From Rhizaria sp. SCN 62-66 (taxonomy: Eukaryota), in the NCBI GenBank assembly GCA_001724265.1, contig MEDY01000124.1, positions 1-64,000 on the forward strand: a DNA stretch of 64,000 bases. The letters are read 5' to 3'. Of the stretch, positions 38,901 through 50,342 are shown in pieces (position 1 is the stretch's first letter; each line of letters starts with the position of its first letter). Both the position numbers and the translations under genes were made by a program. Under the pieces are notes generated by a model, which saw only the letters and a program-made list of their open reading frames with translations, did not search any database and was not told where the DNA came from.

Positions 38901-39971
38901 AGCGGCAGCCGCGCGCTCAGCGGGGCCGCGCGCGCGGGACGGGGCGGCGCCGTGTAGACTGTCAGTGGCGGCTGCGAGGCCCTAAGACGGGCCCACTTAG
39001 AGCTGTCGCTTGGCTCAGCGCCCGTTGCGAGCGTGGTGGCGGCGGCGGCTGTGGCGTTGATGGCCGAGGCAGGCGCTGGACGCTTGGTGCCTTTCTTAAC
39101 GCAGTGACTGTCTCCGAATTCGCTGTTGTCGTCGCTATCGTTGTCCGAGCGAAGAGCAGCTTCGTCGAACGCGCCGTCGCCTTCGTCGTCGTCGTCGCTG
39201 TCCTTGCCCTTTCCGGAGTCCTTGCCCTTCTCTTGCACCTGCAGAGCCGATGCAGCGCCCTGCTTGACTCGGCCCTTGCTCCCGCCAGTCGTGCCACCAA
39301 ACGCGCGCTGGTTAAACACAGTCAGTGACGGGCCGGCGCTTGCGCTTGAGATTCTTGGTGCCCTCGCAGACTTGCTACCAGCCGCAGCCGCGGTCGCGGC
39401 CGTCGGAGGCGCCGCAGTGGAGCCGAGTCCGCTGGAGCTTGAGCTGCTGGTGGCCACCTCCGACCACGCGCTCGTGGACGGACTTGCCTCGGAGGGGCTC
39501 AGCCCAGCCACCGCGCGGTCTGCAACGGTCCTCGCGGCGGAGAACGCGATGAAAGCGCGGAGCTTGGTGACGCGCTGCTCGACCTCGCTCTCGACCGCGT
39601 CCACGGCGCCGATCTGCTGGAACCAGAGAGACTGTGGCAGCGCGTCGTACACCACGCGCCGCACGCGCTCACAAGCCGCGACGTTGCGGCGGAGAAAGAC
39701 GGAGCAGGACGCATGAAGCGCGCGCACTGCGGGGGCAGGATCGGACGTGGTGGAGAAGTCGGTGTCTTCGACGCTGTGGACGAGGGTGTCGAGCTCTGTC
39801 GTCGCTGTCGCCTTGAGGGACTACAACTCCGAGAGGCAACGATCGCGACCAGCCTAAAAATATATAACATCAACGGGAAATGCGTGTTTATTTAGCTTGT
39901 TACGTTATTGAGGATCTATCAATGTGCGATCAGGAAGGAAGGGAACGTACCTCAATCTGGCGCTCTGTCAT
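35930..39971 (-). CDS. Hypothetical protein with SQ/SP-rich C-terminus, ~1314 aa; exons 39971-39951 and 39853-35930; five in-frame TAG codons (39821, 38678, 37733, 36788, 36143)
   Basis: ORFs 38678..39727, 37733..38638, 36788..37702 and 36143..36694 share one frame, and each ends in TAG. Manual translation of the gaps shows no TAA/TGA until TGA 35930-35932, at the GC-to-AT transition. N-terminus MTERQIE|AGRDRCLSEL[TAG]SLKAT. Confidence 0.72.
39854..39950 (-). other. Spliceosomal intron (97 nt, phase 0)
   Basis: GAG|GTACGT ... ATTTTTAG|GCT. Confidence 0.75.
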
Positions 39972-40342
39972 ATGTTCCGCTTCGCTGAACATTTCCTCTA
40001 TGAAACACATTTTTTCAAGTGTAGCAATAAAAAATCCATATGAGCTGCAATATATTTCTTCGCGTGGTTAGATTTTTACATGAACACATCATTTTATAAA
40101 TGAGCATTAAGTTGAAGATGATTGGGACCAAGAGAGTCTTGCGTCCAGTTGACCGTTGGCGGTGGTGAGCAAGAGAGGGGTCAGCCCCGAGCCGTTGTTA
40201 GAGTGAACAAAAATCAGCTCATATCTCCATTAAGATCCGTTGTATGATTAAACTGCACACATTTATAATTTTTAATGGCAAACAATAACTCAAATTTATT
40301 TTGAAATTTGTATTCTCGAATGACGTGTTGCAGAGGAGCCTG

Positions 40343-43300
40343 ATGCGTTCGAGCGCGTTTCACCCTCCGACTCCAATGGCAGCTCCGATGCCGCAGTGGA
40401 TTCCACAGCCTTCATACGCTCCCCAAGCTCCCTCGACCGGCATTCCCTTTGCCGCATCTGTTGCGTCTGCGCCGCCGTTCTCCTCTGGCTACCCGGCCCC
40501 GTCTCCGGGCCCGTCGCCCAGCCCGCTCGCGTGGCCCCACTCCGCCCGCCAGCCCTCGGCGCCTTTCCTACCCGCGGCGGCCGCCGCCGCCGCCGCGGCC
40601 GCGTCCCCCGCACTGGGGAGCTACCAGGACGCCGTGCTCGCACACTACCAGCAGCAACAGCAGCTGCAGCAGCAAGCGTACCACGCGCAGCTGCAGCAGC
40701 AGCACGCCCACCAGCACGCCGCGGCGTTCCAGCAGTACCACATCGCACACGGACTCCCACTGCCCGCCGGGGCGACGCACGGGCTCTCCGCGCCGCAGCA
40801 GCACGGCGGCATGTCGGCCATTGGAGCAGCAATGCCGAGCGGGGCGACCGGGACTGAGCCGTTCTACACTCCGCTACATTACAACGCAGCTGGCGGCAAC
40901 GTGATGGCGATGTACGGACACCCGCACCCTTACCCGCAGCTGCAGCCCCAACCTTTGTCGCAGCAGCTGCAGCAGCAGTACGCGGCGCCCGTTGCGAGCG
41001 CGGCGTCCGCGAGTGCGCCGGCGTCAGGCGCGGGCGCTGCGGGTGCGGTGTTCAGAGCGCAGGCTTCACCGATGCCAGCGATGCATCAGTACGCGCCGTA
41101 CCAGTACCCGTACCACCAGCAGCAGCAGCAGCCTCAGCAGCAACCCCTTCATCAGCCTCAGACCCTGCCCCGGCCCCAGCCTCAGGCTCAACTTTCGACT
41201 CATGGGTATGCGCCGTCGCAGTCCGTCCATCCTTCCTCTGCGTCATCTGCATCAGCCGCGGCGACAGAGGCGGTGCCAGAGACTGCGGCCGCGGCTGCGG
41301 CTGAGCCGGTCTACGCCGATATATCCATTCCAACCAACAAGGGCGCACTTTCGCTCACCGTGGACCTCGCGGCGCCGTTGGAGGCCACGGCCAGCAGCAC
41401 GCGGCTCTTTTGCGCGGCTAAGGGCCTCGGTCCCTTAGACACGGAGACCGTGGTCGCGACTGTGAGCAAAGCCGTCACAGACGCCGCCACTGAGGCCGCC
41501 GCCGAGGCCGCTGCTGAGGCCGCTGCTGAGGCCGACGCACAGGCGCAGGCTGCTGATGCGGCCGTTGAGGCGTACAGTTTGACCGGCGACGCTGACGGCG
41601 ACGTCGACGCAATTTCCAGGGCATCTGCGAGCGCCGCTCCTTCGATGAGCAATATCAGCCTCAACCAGACCCACAACAACGCGAGCGCGTTTATGGCCCA
41701 CGCCAGCGGCATCGCGGTCCCGACTCCGGTCTCGGCGCGCTCTGCCCGCTCAGCGCACTCCACAGCGAATACGAACACACTCGCCGCCCCTGCCCCGGCG
41801 CGTGGCCCCTCCGCGCCTGGCGGTGTGTCTGATGGTGGGTCGGGCGGTGTGCTCGAGCAGTCCGCGATCTCGACCGCGCCAACGCTCGCGGCACTGGCCA
41901 CACCGCGCCCCGCGGTGGGTGCGCCGCCGGCGCCGACGGTGACCGTAGGCGGAGTGACCGTGAGCGGAGTAACCGTGAGCAGCAGCAGCAGCAGCAGCAG
42001 CAGCGATGCCAGCGGTCCGCCTGCGGCCATGACCGTGAGCAGCAGTGGCCAACCTGTGCCTGCTGCGGTGCCCGCGGGCTATGGATATGGCTACGAAAAC
42101 CCCTATTACAACATAGTCCACGGTGGTCCTGTGAACACCACGCACCAGCATACGCCTGCTGTGCCCACTGCGAGTTCCACTGTGTATGCCGACAACTACA
42201 ACCCCAGCACTAGTGCACTCGCCAACCCTGCTCCGCCTCTCAGCACGACGAGCGCCCGCGGCCGCGGCCGTCCCCCGGTCAGCAGCTCTCAGGCTACCAG
42301 CTCTCACAGCCTTACCAACAACCATGCGAACGCACTGCATGCTACCAGCGTCCTCGGCCGCCGCACACCAAGCCCTAGTCCGGCGGCCCGCTCGCACCAG
42401 AGCAACAACAACATCAGCAGCAGCAGTCGCGCTCGCTGTCCCTCCAACAGCCGCGACACCCGCGCTGGCGCCCCCAGTGCAGCCGAGTCTGCCAGGACCA
42501 AAGCGAACACTCGCGGCGTGAGCATCCCCGGTCTGACAAGCCCCACGGTCGCCTCCGCAGCCAAGGCGCGACTCCCCGCGCCGTCCTCAGCATCGGCGCA
42601 GACGCGGCCGGCTGCAGTGACCGTGAGCAGCACCGCGAACGTAGACAACGCCCAGACTCACACCGAACGCGCACAGACGCGGTCACAGTCTGAGGCGCAG
42701 GCGGTGACCGTGAGCGCGCTGGCCGCCTCGGCCGCTGCGGCCGCCGTGACTGGCCGGCTGTACTCGTGGTACCGCGCCGCCACGGCCTCCCGCGCTGCGG
42801 CTCGCGCCACTGCGGCCCGCGCGCTCACCGCTGCGGCGTCAGTGCCGCACTCGATCCCGCGCTCGCGGCGGCTCGTCGCCGCGCACCGCGCCAAGGTGCG
42901 ACTCGCGCTCGGCGCGCTGCGGGCGCAGCGGCGCGGCGACGAGAGCGCCGGCCAGGGCTCGGCCGGCGAGGCGCGCTACGGCATCGGGCCCTACGCGGAC
43001 GCGGACGCGCAGCAGCGCGCGGCGGCGGCGGCGGCGGCGGGCGAGGGGCCCGGCGGCGTGAGCGATGCGTGGCCCACGGTCCCCGCAGTCGTCGACGACG
43101 CAGCTGCGCGGCTCTACGTCGACTCGCTGCAGCGCAACTGGGCCGCGGCCGTCGCCAAGCAAGAGGCCGCCGCCGCCTCGGCCGCGGCGGACGCGGCGGC
43201 GGCAGCGGCTGCTGCAAACCCACCGGTGCCTGCGCGCAACCGCGCGCTGCAGGCGCGGCTGGAGCACGAGGCCTGCGTGCGCGCCGAGTTCCGCGCGAAC

Positions 43301-46300
43301 GAGGCCCGCGCCAACGGCGACGACTCGGCCCCCGCGGGCGCGCCGTTTGAGTTTGAGTCGGTGGATGCGGCTGTGGCGTACTGGACGCAGCAGGCGCTGG
43401 CTCACGCGCTGCCGCCCGCCGCGCTGATGCACCTGCCGCCCGCGATCAGGCTCACGGTTGCCGCAGCGGTCTCGCACAGGGCCAAGGCCGAGGCGGCGGA
43501 GCGCGCGCGGGCTGAGCGCGAGCAGACTGAGGCCGCGGAGGCGCCCTTCGCGCCCAAGCTTGTGTCTGCGCGCTCGGCCGCGCTCGTGCGCCAGGCCAGG
43601 CGCTCGCACCAGGTATGGCTATATTTTATTGACCTTTGCAACGACGTTCCTTTGAAATGCAATGTCTTTATCTTCTCGTTGTTTTTTTTCTCACTATTTC
43701 CTGCTGCTTTTTGATTTTTGTTGTTCTTAGGGTGCTGGTGCACTGTGGGCTTCTGCTGCAGTGCGTTTGCACGCCGACTCGTTCGAGCGCGCGCGTAAGC
43801 ATGAGCACCGCCGCGACGCAGCGCAGGTACGTGGTGCATCACTTGACTCTACTTATAATTCACAGAGACTCTTTTGTGTATGTGACTACAGCTTTAATAT
43901 GAATCGTTACACTCACTAAGCATGGCTTCATTGTTGGACTTGCCGTACACAGGACGAGCTGCCTTTCGCGCCCGCGATTGACTCGCGCTCGACGCGCATT
44001 GTGGCCGGCGGCGACACAGAGCTGGAGCAGTACCGCGCTCTTTTAGTTGCCGAAGCGCAGCGTGCTGAGGAGATTGCGCAGCGCATGCAGCAGCGGCAGG
44101 ACGAGTTGCGCGCGCAATCCGCCGCCACCAAGAACACAGCCGCCGCCGCCAACGGTGGCGCCGACGACGCCCTGGCAGCAGACGCGGCAAACAGTGGGGA
44201 ACAGCGCCCCGGCGGCAGCAGCGGCAGCGTGAGCGCGCCCGTCACTCCGGCCCACGGCAAAGACGCAAGTGGGATCGCCGGCCCGGCGACTGCTGCTGCG
44301 GCGCGGCCGGACGCGCCGCTGCCGTCGGGGCGGCGCGTGCCGGCGTCGGCGCTGCGCAAACAGGCCCTCGAGGCGCGCGCGCGGGCGCTCAAGCTCGTCA
44401 CGGAGGCGCAGCAGCAACAGCACGGCCACACGCAGACTGCCAGTGGTAATGCCACTGGCAGTGCCGGCAGCGGCGCGCCTGGCTCTGCGCGGGGCCGTGC
44501 GCGCGACACTGCCAGCGGCAACACCACCCCCGTCCCACCAGCTGCCTCTGGCACTGCCACTGGCGCTGGCGCTGGTGCTAGCGCGATGTCACGGCCGCAG
44601 TCTGCTGCGCGGTCGCGGTCGAGGTCGCTGGCCCGCTCACACTCGACCGCGCGCGTCGCCGCGAGCGCGACTGCCCATGGACCGACTGGCGGCGCAGGCA
44701 GCGGCGGCGCCCGGATGACGTCGACGCCCAGGCCTACGCGCGCGTCCACCGCTGCTGCCGCGGGAGCCGCGACTGTGGGCAAGCCCCCTCGGCCGCCGAC
44801 GAACCTCAACGCCAACAACAGCGCCGCCGCTGCGCTGCCGGTGCTACCGTCACCGGCGGCTGCGGTTGTGTACACCGAGAGCTCTCCGGCCCCGGAGGCT
44901 GCGGCGGCGCGGGCTGCGGCACACGCCGCCTCGCTTGCTCAGGTGCGTCACTTGAACGTTGAGAAACTTTCTATTGGCTTTCATTGAACTTATCGTAGAT
45001 GTTATTTCAGAAATTGAAATCGTTTTCCTTTATTTTGAACCAAAGCTCACATTTGTATCGATGTATTAACCTTATCCTGTCACAGGCTCACGAGGCTGCC
45101 CTCGCACACGCGCGCGCTGCCTTTGCTGCCGATGCTCAGGCTGCAAACAGCGGCTTACACACCGCTTTCCACCCACAGCAGCAGCAACAGCTGGAGCAGC
45201 AGCAGCAGCAGCAGCAGCGGGCGGCCGCGTTGGCGACCCTCGCCGCACTGGAGCAGGCGCACGCACAGGCCCAGGCCAGCGCCAACTCTCTCGCTCTGCA
45301 AGCACAGGCGCAGGCACAGGCACAGGCGCAGGCGCAGTTGTTAAGCCAGAGCCAAAGCCAGTCCCGTAGCCGGAGTCGCCATCGCGCCCCCGCCCCCGCC
45401 ACTGCGCCCCGCGGTCGCGGCGGCCGTCCCTCGGTTGCCGCGACCACCGCCGCCGCCAACGCCTACACCGGCCCTCACACTGGCGCTGGCGCTGGCGCTG
45501 GCGTCCGTACTCCAGGCCGCTACGCTGCGGGCGCGGGCGCGACCGCTGGCCGGTCGCAGTCGCGCTCTCGCGCGACATCGCAGTCGCGGCCACTCACTGC
45601 TGGCGCCGCAGCGAACGCCTCGAGTGCAAGCGCGCATGTGGTTACCCTCGGCGGTGTGAGTATCCCGAGTCTAAGCGCCCCCAGCGCTCGCGCGCTGCGC
45701 ATTGCGCGCGCGCTTGACACTGACAACGACGGCTTCGTCGACTGCTCGTGCTACTTCACCGCCGCAGAACTCGCCAACGCGCACAGTCAAAGTCAGAACC
45801 ACAGCCAGAGCCAGAGCCACACTGGCGGCGACGGCGAGCTGGCGCTATTGACGTTGCGCGCGCTCGCAGCTTCACTCAAAGACGACGTCGCGCGCACCCA
45901 GTCGCTCTCTCAACAACACATTACTTCTGCTGCTTCGGGCCCGCAGCCCCTCCTTGCCGCCGTACTCGCGACTCAGAGGGTCGGTTTCGCGCGTCCACAG
46001 ACCGCGGCCGCTCCACTCACCGCGCACGGCCCCGACGGCAGCAACGGCAGCGCCGAGTGGGTGGCGCGCTGGACCTCCTGGCGACTGTCGGTGCGCCAGT
46101 TCGCGCTGCTGCTGACCGACCACGAGGCCAAGGCCGCCGCCGCCGCCGCGCAGCAGCAGCGCGCGGCCGCGCAGGCCGCGGCCGAGGCCGAGGCCGGCTG
46201 CCGGCGGGCTGCGGCCGAGGCGGAGGCGGCGGCGGCGGCAGCGGCAGCGGCGCACGCGGCGTGGCTGGGCAGCAACGCGGCCGCGCAGCACGCGCTTGTG

Positions 46301-46468
46301 CAACGGCACTGGGAGATCGCCAACGAACAGCAGCAAATGCAGCAGCAGGCGCAGAGGCAGCGGGATCAGGAGCAAATGCACCAGTTTCAGCAGTTTCAGC
46401 TCTATCAACAACAACAGCAACAGGTGATGCTGCAACAGCAACAACAGCAACAGATGCCAACGATGTAA
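40343..46468 (+). CDS. Large low-complexity hypothetical protein (~1912 aa) with PFAP-type repeats and a degenerate EF-hand-like loop; exons 40343-43612, 43731-43826, 43953-44942, 45086-46468
   Basis: Three phase-0 GT-AG introns connect ORF 40301..43714, a 96-nt exon, ORF 44001..44987 and ORF 44999..46468. Motifs RLYVDS/RLHADS followed by PFAPKLVSARS/PFAPAIDSRS; LDTDNDGFVD at ~45713. Stop TAA. Confidence 0.72.
43613..43730 (+). other. Spliceosomal intron (118 nt, phase 0)
   Basis: CAG|GTATGG ... TTCTTAG|GGT, T-rich. Confidence 0.8.
43827..43952 (+). other. Spliceosomal intron (126 nt, phase 0)
   Basis: CAG|GTACGT ... TACACAG|GAC. Confidence 0.8.
44943..45085 (+). other. Spliceosomal intron (143 nt, phase 0)
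   Basis: CAG|GTGCGT ... GTCACAG|GCT, AT-rich. Confidence 0.82.
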
Positions 46469-46809
46469 ACAAAGAAACGTTACTTATTTTTAACTTTAAT
46501 TTTCAGTCTTATTTGAACTTGTTTTCGATTGACACTTAATAGAATACATATGAATCTGTGTATTATTTGAGAATAATGATTATTTTTATGATGGTTAAGA
46601 GCAAACAGAGAGGACGATTGCGAAATATATAGAGTAAACATCTACATGTTCATTGATATGTACGCACACATGTCTATATCCCCCAAATGAGGCGATCATT
46701 GTGCCGAGCGTCATGATGGAATCCAAAAACAAGCGTTAGACCTAGATCAGGGGTTGATCATTCGTAACAGCCAGACTTTGGCGACTTATGTGCGCGATAC
46801 GCGTCATAC

Positions 46810-47361
46810 TTACTCGTCCTTGCCGAGCGCCGCAATGACCTCAGCGGGGGCCTGCACGAGCTCAACGAGCACGCCACCGGCGCCGATGGGAAAGCCCGCC
46901 GCGGCGTTGCCCTTGGGGTGGACAAAACAGACGTTGTGACCCGAGGCGCCCTTGCGGATGCCGCCGGGCGTGAAGCGCACGCCCTTGGCGGTGAGGTCGG
47001 CGACGCACGCCTCGAGGTTGTCGACCCAGAGCCCGAAGTGGTTCAGTGCGGGTTCGTGGACCTTAGGGGACTTGTTGGGGTCGAGCGGCTGCATGAGGTC
47101 GACCTCGACGGCGAGGGGGCCTTTGCCGATGGAGAGGACGTCCTCGTTGACGTTCTCCTTCTCGGACTGGAAGGTGAGCACTTTGTTCAGGCCCATGATG
47201 TCGACCCAGAACTTGGACAGCTCGTTCTTGTCCAGGCCGCCGAGCGCAATCTGCTGCACACCAAGAATGCGGAAGGGGCGCTTCGCAGCCGCCGAGGAGA
47301 AGGAGCGGACAGACACGATAGGGAACGCGGAAGCGAGCTTGGGAGCGAAGCGGCGGAGCAT
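46810..47361 (-). CDS. VOC/glyoxalase-superfamily protein, methylmalonyl-CoA epimerase-like, mitochondrion-targeted, 183 aa
   Basis: Presequence [26 protein letters not shown], then [62 protein letters not shown]. Stop TAA. Confidence 0.85.
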   Translation of the reverse strand: MLRRFAPKLASAFPIVSVRSFSSAAAKRPFRILGVQQIALGGLDKNELSKFWVDIMGLNKVLTFQSEKENVNEDVLSIGKGPLAVEVDLMQPLDPNKSPKVHEPALNHFGLWVDNLEACVADLTAKGVRFTPGGIRKGASGHNVCFVHPKGNAAAGFPIGAGGVLVELVQAPAEVIAALGKDE

Positions 47362-47726
47362 CGAGGACTGGATTGAAGAGTTGGAACGCGGGTGGAAATA
47401 TGCACATGTAACAAAGTGCTGTGAGCGTGTATTAAAACAAAAATATAAGATGATAGCTATTCTGCCCAAACAAAGTGACACCCGCCCAAGAGTACGTCTT
47501 GAAGACGACATAAACTTGCATATCAAATAGCCCAAGATACGTCTCACGTGGTGAGGGCCGAGACTCTTCGAGATCATGAAACGCAGCTGAGAATCCGTTA
47601 CGTAATGCCGCCACTCCAAATGACCGTTACTGTAAAAATCACCAGCTATCCTAAAGACACAGCTCACTTATTTGCTTGCATTGTAAATTATCATTGAATC
47701 TCACCCAATATATCCACAGAAAACCC

Positions 47727-48371
47727 ATGCGGCGATCCCGTCATGACGAGTCCCATACGGCGGCCTCCACCTCCCTGCAGATGACCGGCGCGGTGCGGCC
47801 CCACTCCCCTTCGGGCGCCCCCCCGCAGCCTCTGCCGATCCGCGGCCCCATGCGCCAGCGCGCTGAGCGTTTGCGTCTTGAAGCCGAGGCCGCCCAGCGC
47901 GCAGATGCCGCTGGCAGCAGCGGCTCCTTCGACCCCTGCTCCTCCGCGCAGTTCAACAACGGCGGCAACTTCAACGCGTCCTACGGCGCCTCCGGCGACC
48001 CCGCGTCGCGCTCATACGCTCCTGCGTCGTTGGGCTATGGCAAGAACCACCCGGACCACTTCGTGTACACGCGCAACGCCGTGCGCAAGGGAGTCTACGA
48101 CAACCACTCGTCGCACCACAGCTCGCTCCAGTTTGGCTCGCTTGCGGCGCCCTACGCGACGACGATGGTGCACCCACAGGGCGGCGCCGCGGCCGCGCAG
48201 GCGCTGAACGCCACGAGCGCGGACTTTGCGCGCACCAAGACGCGTTTCGCGGACGAGGAGACGCTGCCGGCGCCGCAGAGCATCGGGTACGGGCGCACAC
48301 ACGCCCATTACTTCCATTACGTCGCTCCTATTGTCGCCAAGCCTGGCGCCGGCGGCAACGGCAGTCAATGA
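47727..48371 (+). CDS. Hypothetical protein (~214 aa) with a duplicated PxSxGYGxxH..F.Y motif
   Basis: GC-rich ORF with coding-like codon bias; PASLGYGKNHPDHFVY and PQSIGYGRTHAHYFHY. Stop TGA. An upstream exon is possible (CCACAG just before the ATG). Confidence 0.7.
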   Translation: MRRSRHDESHTAASTSLQMTGAVRPHSPSGAPPQPLPIRGPMRQRAERLRLEAEAAQRADAAGSSGSFDPCSSAQFNNGGNFNASYGASGDPASRSYAPASLGYGKNHPDHFVYTRNAVRKGVYDNHSSHHSSLQFGSLAAPYATTMVHPQGGAAAAQALNATSADFARTKTRFADEETLPAPQSIGYGRTHAHYFHYVAPIVAKPGAGGNGSQ

Positions 48372-49034
48372 AGCGGGCGACGCTGCTTTGTTGTGTGGCT
48401 GTATGCTGTCTTGGTAACTGTCTGGGACTGGAACCAATCTTAGCTTACATCAGAGTCGTACAGTCACCGTTTACGAATAGTACGGTGACTGTCGGTTACG
48501 TGCGAATTCTTTGTGCGACTGCTTGAGATTGTATCTCAGGGTCATTGTGCTTTTTTTGGCGTTTTCCCCCCTCTGTATGCAATAATTCCTGCTGCTATTC
48601 CGCCCCATGCTGACGCCGTTCGTCTGACTATCTGTACTGTCTGTGCTTGTGTCTGTGTTAAGACAAGCAATCCTTCTTGTTTTTCGCTCGTCAAAAGTAA
48701 TGCACTTCAACGTTGATTTGTGTGTTGAGGCGAGTTATTACGTAGTTTTTAGTCTGAGTTTGTTGTTTTGCCCAAGAATACCCGTTGACACAGTCGCGTA
48801 ACAACACGAATACATTAGTTTCTTTCATCATTTTGGGTGACTATCAGTCTCACTGGCAAATAGACATGTCACTCTAGACAAAAAGTCGAATTACAAGTCA
48901 AAACTATGTATTGCTAATGTGCTGTTCATCTAACTCCGTTCTCGCAGCACGAATCTTGGCACTGTTGGCCCTGACCTCCGGTAAGATGATGCAATAAACT
49001 AAGAGTCGCTGAGTGGTTCAGCTGGCTGCGGAGC

Positions 49035-49641
49035 TCAGATGCGCATCCAGAGGAACCAGGGGCACGCGGAGCACATGCGGCGCGACTGGTACGGCTGGTC
49101 CTTCTGGAAAGAGGAGCGCGTGCCCATCATGGGTGTGCCCTCGAACTCGGAGTCGAACTTCTCCACAGACATCTGTCGGCGCCAGCAGAGCGTGAAGACG
49201 AGCGCGAAGGCCATGCCGAAGAAGAAGGCAACGGCGAGGGCCGCCCAGAAGGCCGGAATCGGGACGTGCATCATCGGCATCCCCGACGTCGCCTGTGCAA
49301 ACAGATATTAGACGAAACATGAGCGACAAGTGCGCGTGTATGTGTGTGAGTTGTGAGCAAGAGACAGGAGGGAGGCATGATAATATCGGTATGGTTGCAA
49401 ATCACAGTTGTAAAGAAAATGCATACATGCAACGTGATACTTTCAACGTCAATTGCAAACGAGGCGTTGCGTGGCGAGTCGCTGCAGTGATCGGACGTAC
49501 CTCGGAGGTTGCGGTGGTCTTGGTGGTGTCGGCGGCGACAGTGGCGGCGACCGCGAGCAACGTGGCGGCAAACAGTGCGAGCGCTGAGGACGCGGAAAAA
49601 CGCGGGACGCGCCGGGCAAGGACAGATGCGGTAACACTCAT
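49035..49641 (-). CDS. Small type-I membrane protein (~132 aa); exons 49641-49501 and 49292-49035
   Basis: Signal-peptide-like LALFAATLLAVAATVAA, short Thr/Ser-rich stalk, TM AFWAALAVAFFFGMAFALVFTLCW followed by RR. A phase-0 intron joins ORFs 49402..49641 and 49035..49280. Stop TGA. Confidence 0.72.
49293..49500 (-). other. Spliceosomal intron (208 nt, phase 0)
   Basis: GAG|GTACGT ... TTGCACAG|GCG. Confidence 0.78.
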
Positions 49642-50342
49642 GCTGACGCGAGGGCTTGAACGAGCTGGCGGACGAGCGCGATGAGAAGCTTGGCGTCTGC
49701 TACTGCGGCGAGGTTGTGTTTGAGCAGAATAGACAGCGCAGATGGTTTAGAGCTGAGCCTGCAAGGAGAAAACTTGGTTTACATGAATATGAACGGACAA
49801 TTTGGCGTGTGGTCATCAGCAAAGAAGATCCATATGGAGCGAGACAGGACGGTGACGGCGGGTGAGGAAGGGACAAAAGGAGGATACGAAGAGAATGCCA
49901 AGAGCCTCACAGAAAGTGTGATAGAATGTCGATACAGAAGCTACCAAAAGAATATCTGATAAAAAATCTACCAGACACAACGGAAACAGCACAACGTGTC
50001 ATTTTGACGATGAGAAGATCACGATACAGACAATTTCTTGAAGCCTCGATACGCTCGTGGATGGCTCGACCGAGACTGCCCAATGTTGCAGCGGCTGGTC
50101 GCCCCGTCAGTCCGTTTCTTAAGCTCGTTGTGGCGTGGTTCTAAAATCGTATGCAGAGCTTTCAAACTTCCGTCAAGAACGAGTAGTAGATGATATCCCT
50201 GGAATATAACAGTTATTTTACAATTTACTTTGTTGACTCACTTGCTGTTGGCAAACCCCTTCTTCTTTGGCTCCTGCTTTTTGGCTCTTGTTGGCACCCA
50301 GCTACAAGCAAAGTAACAGGCGTTTCGCACACATCTGTGGCT

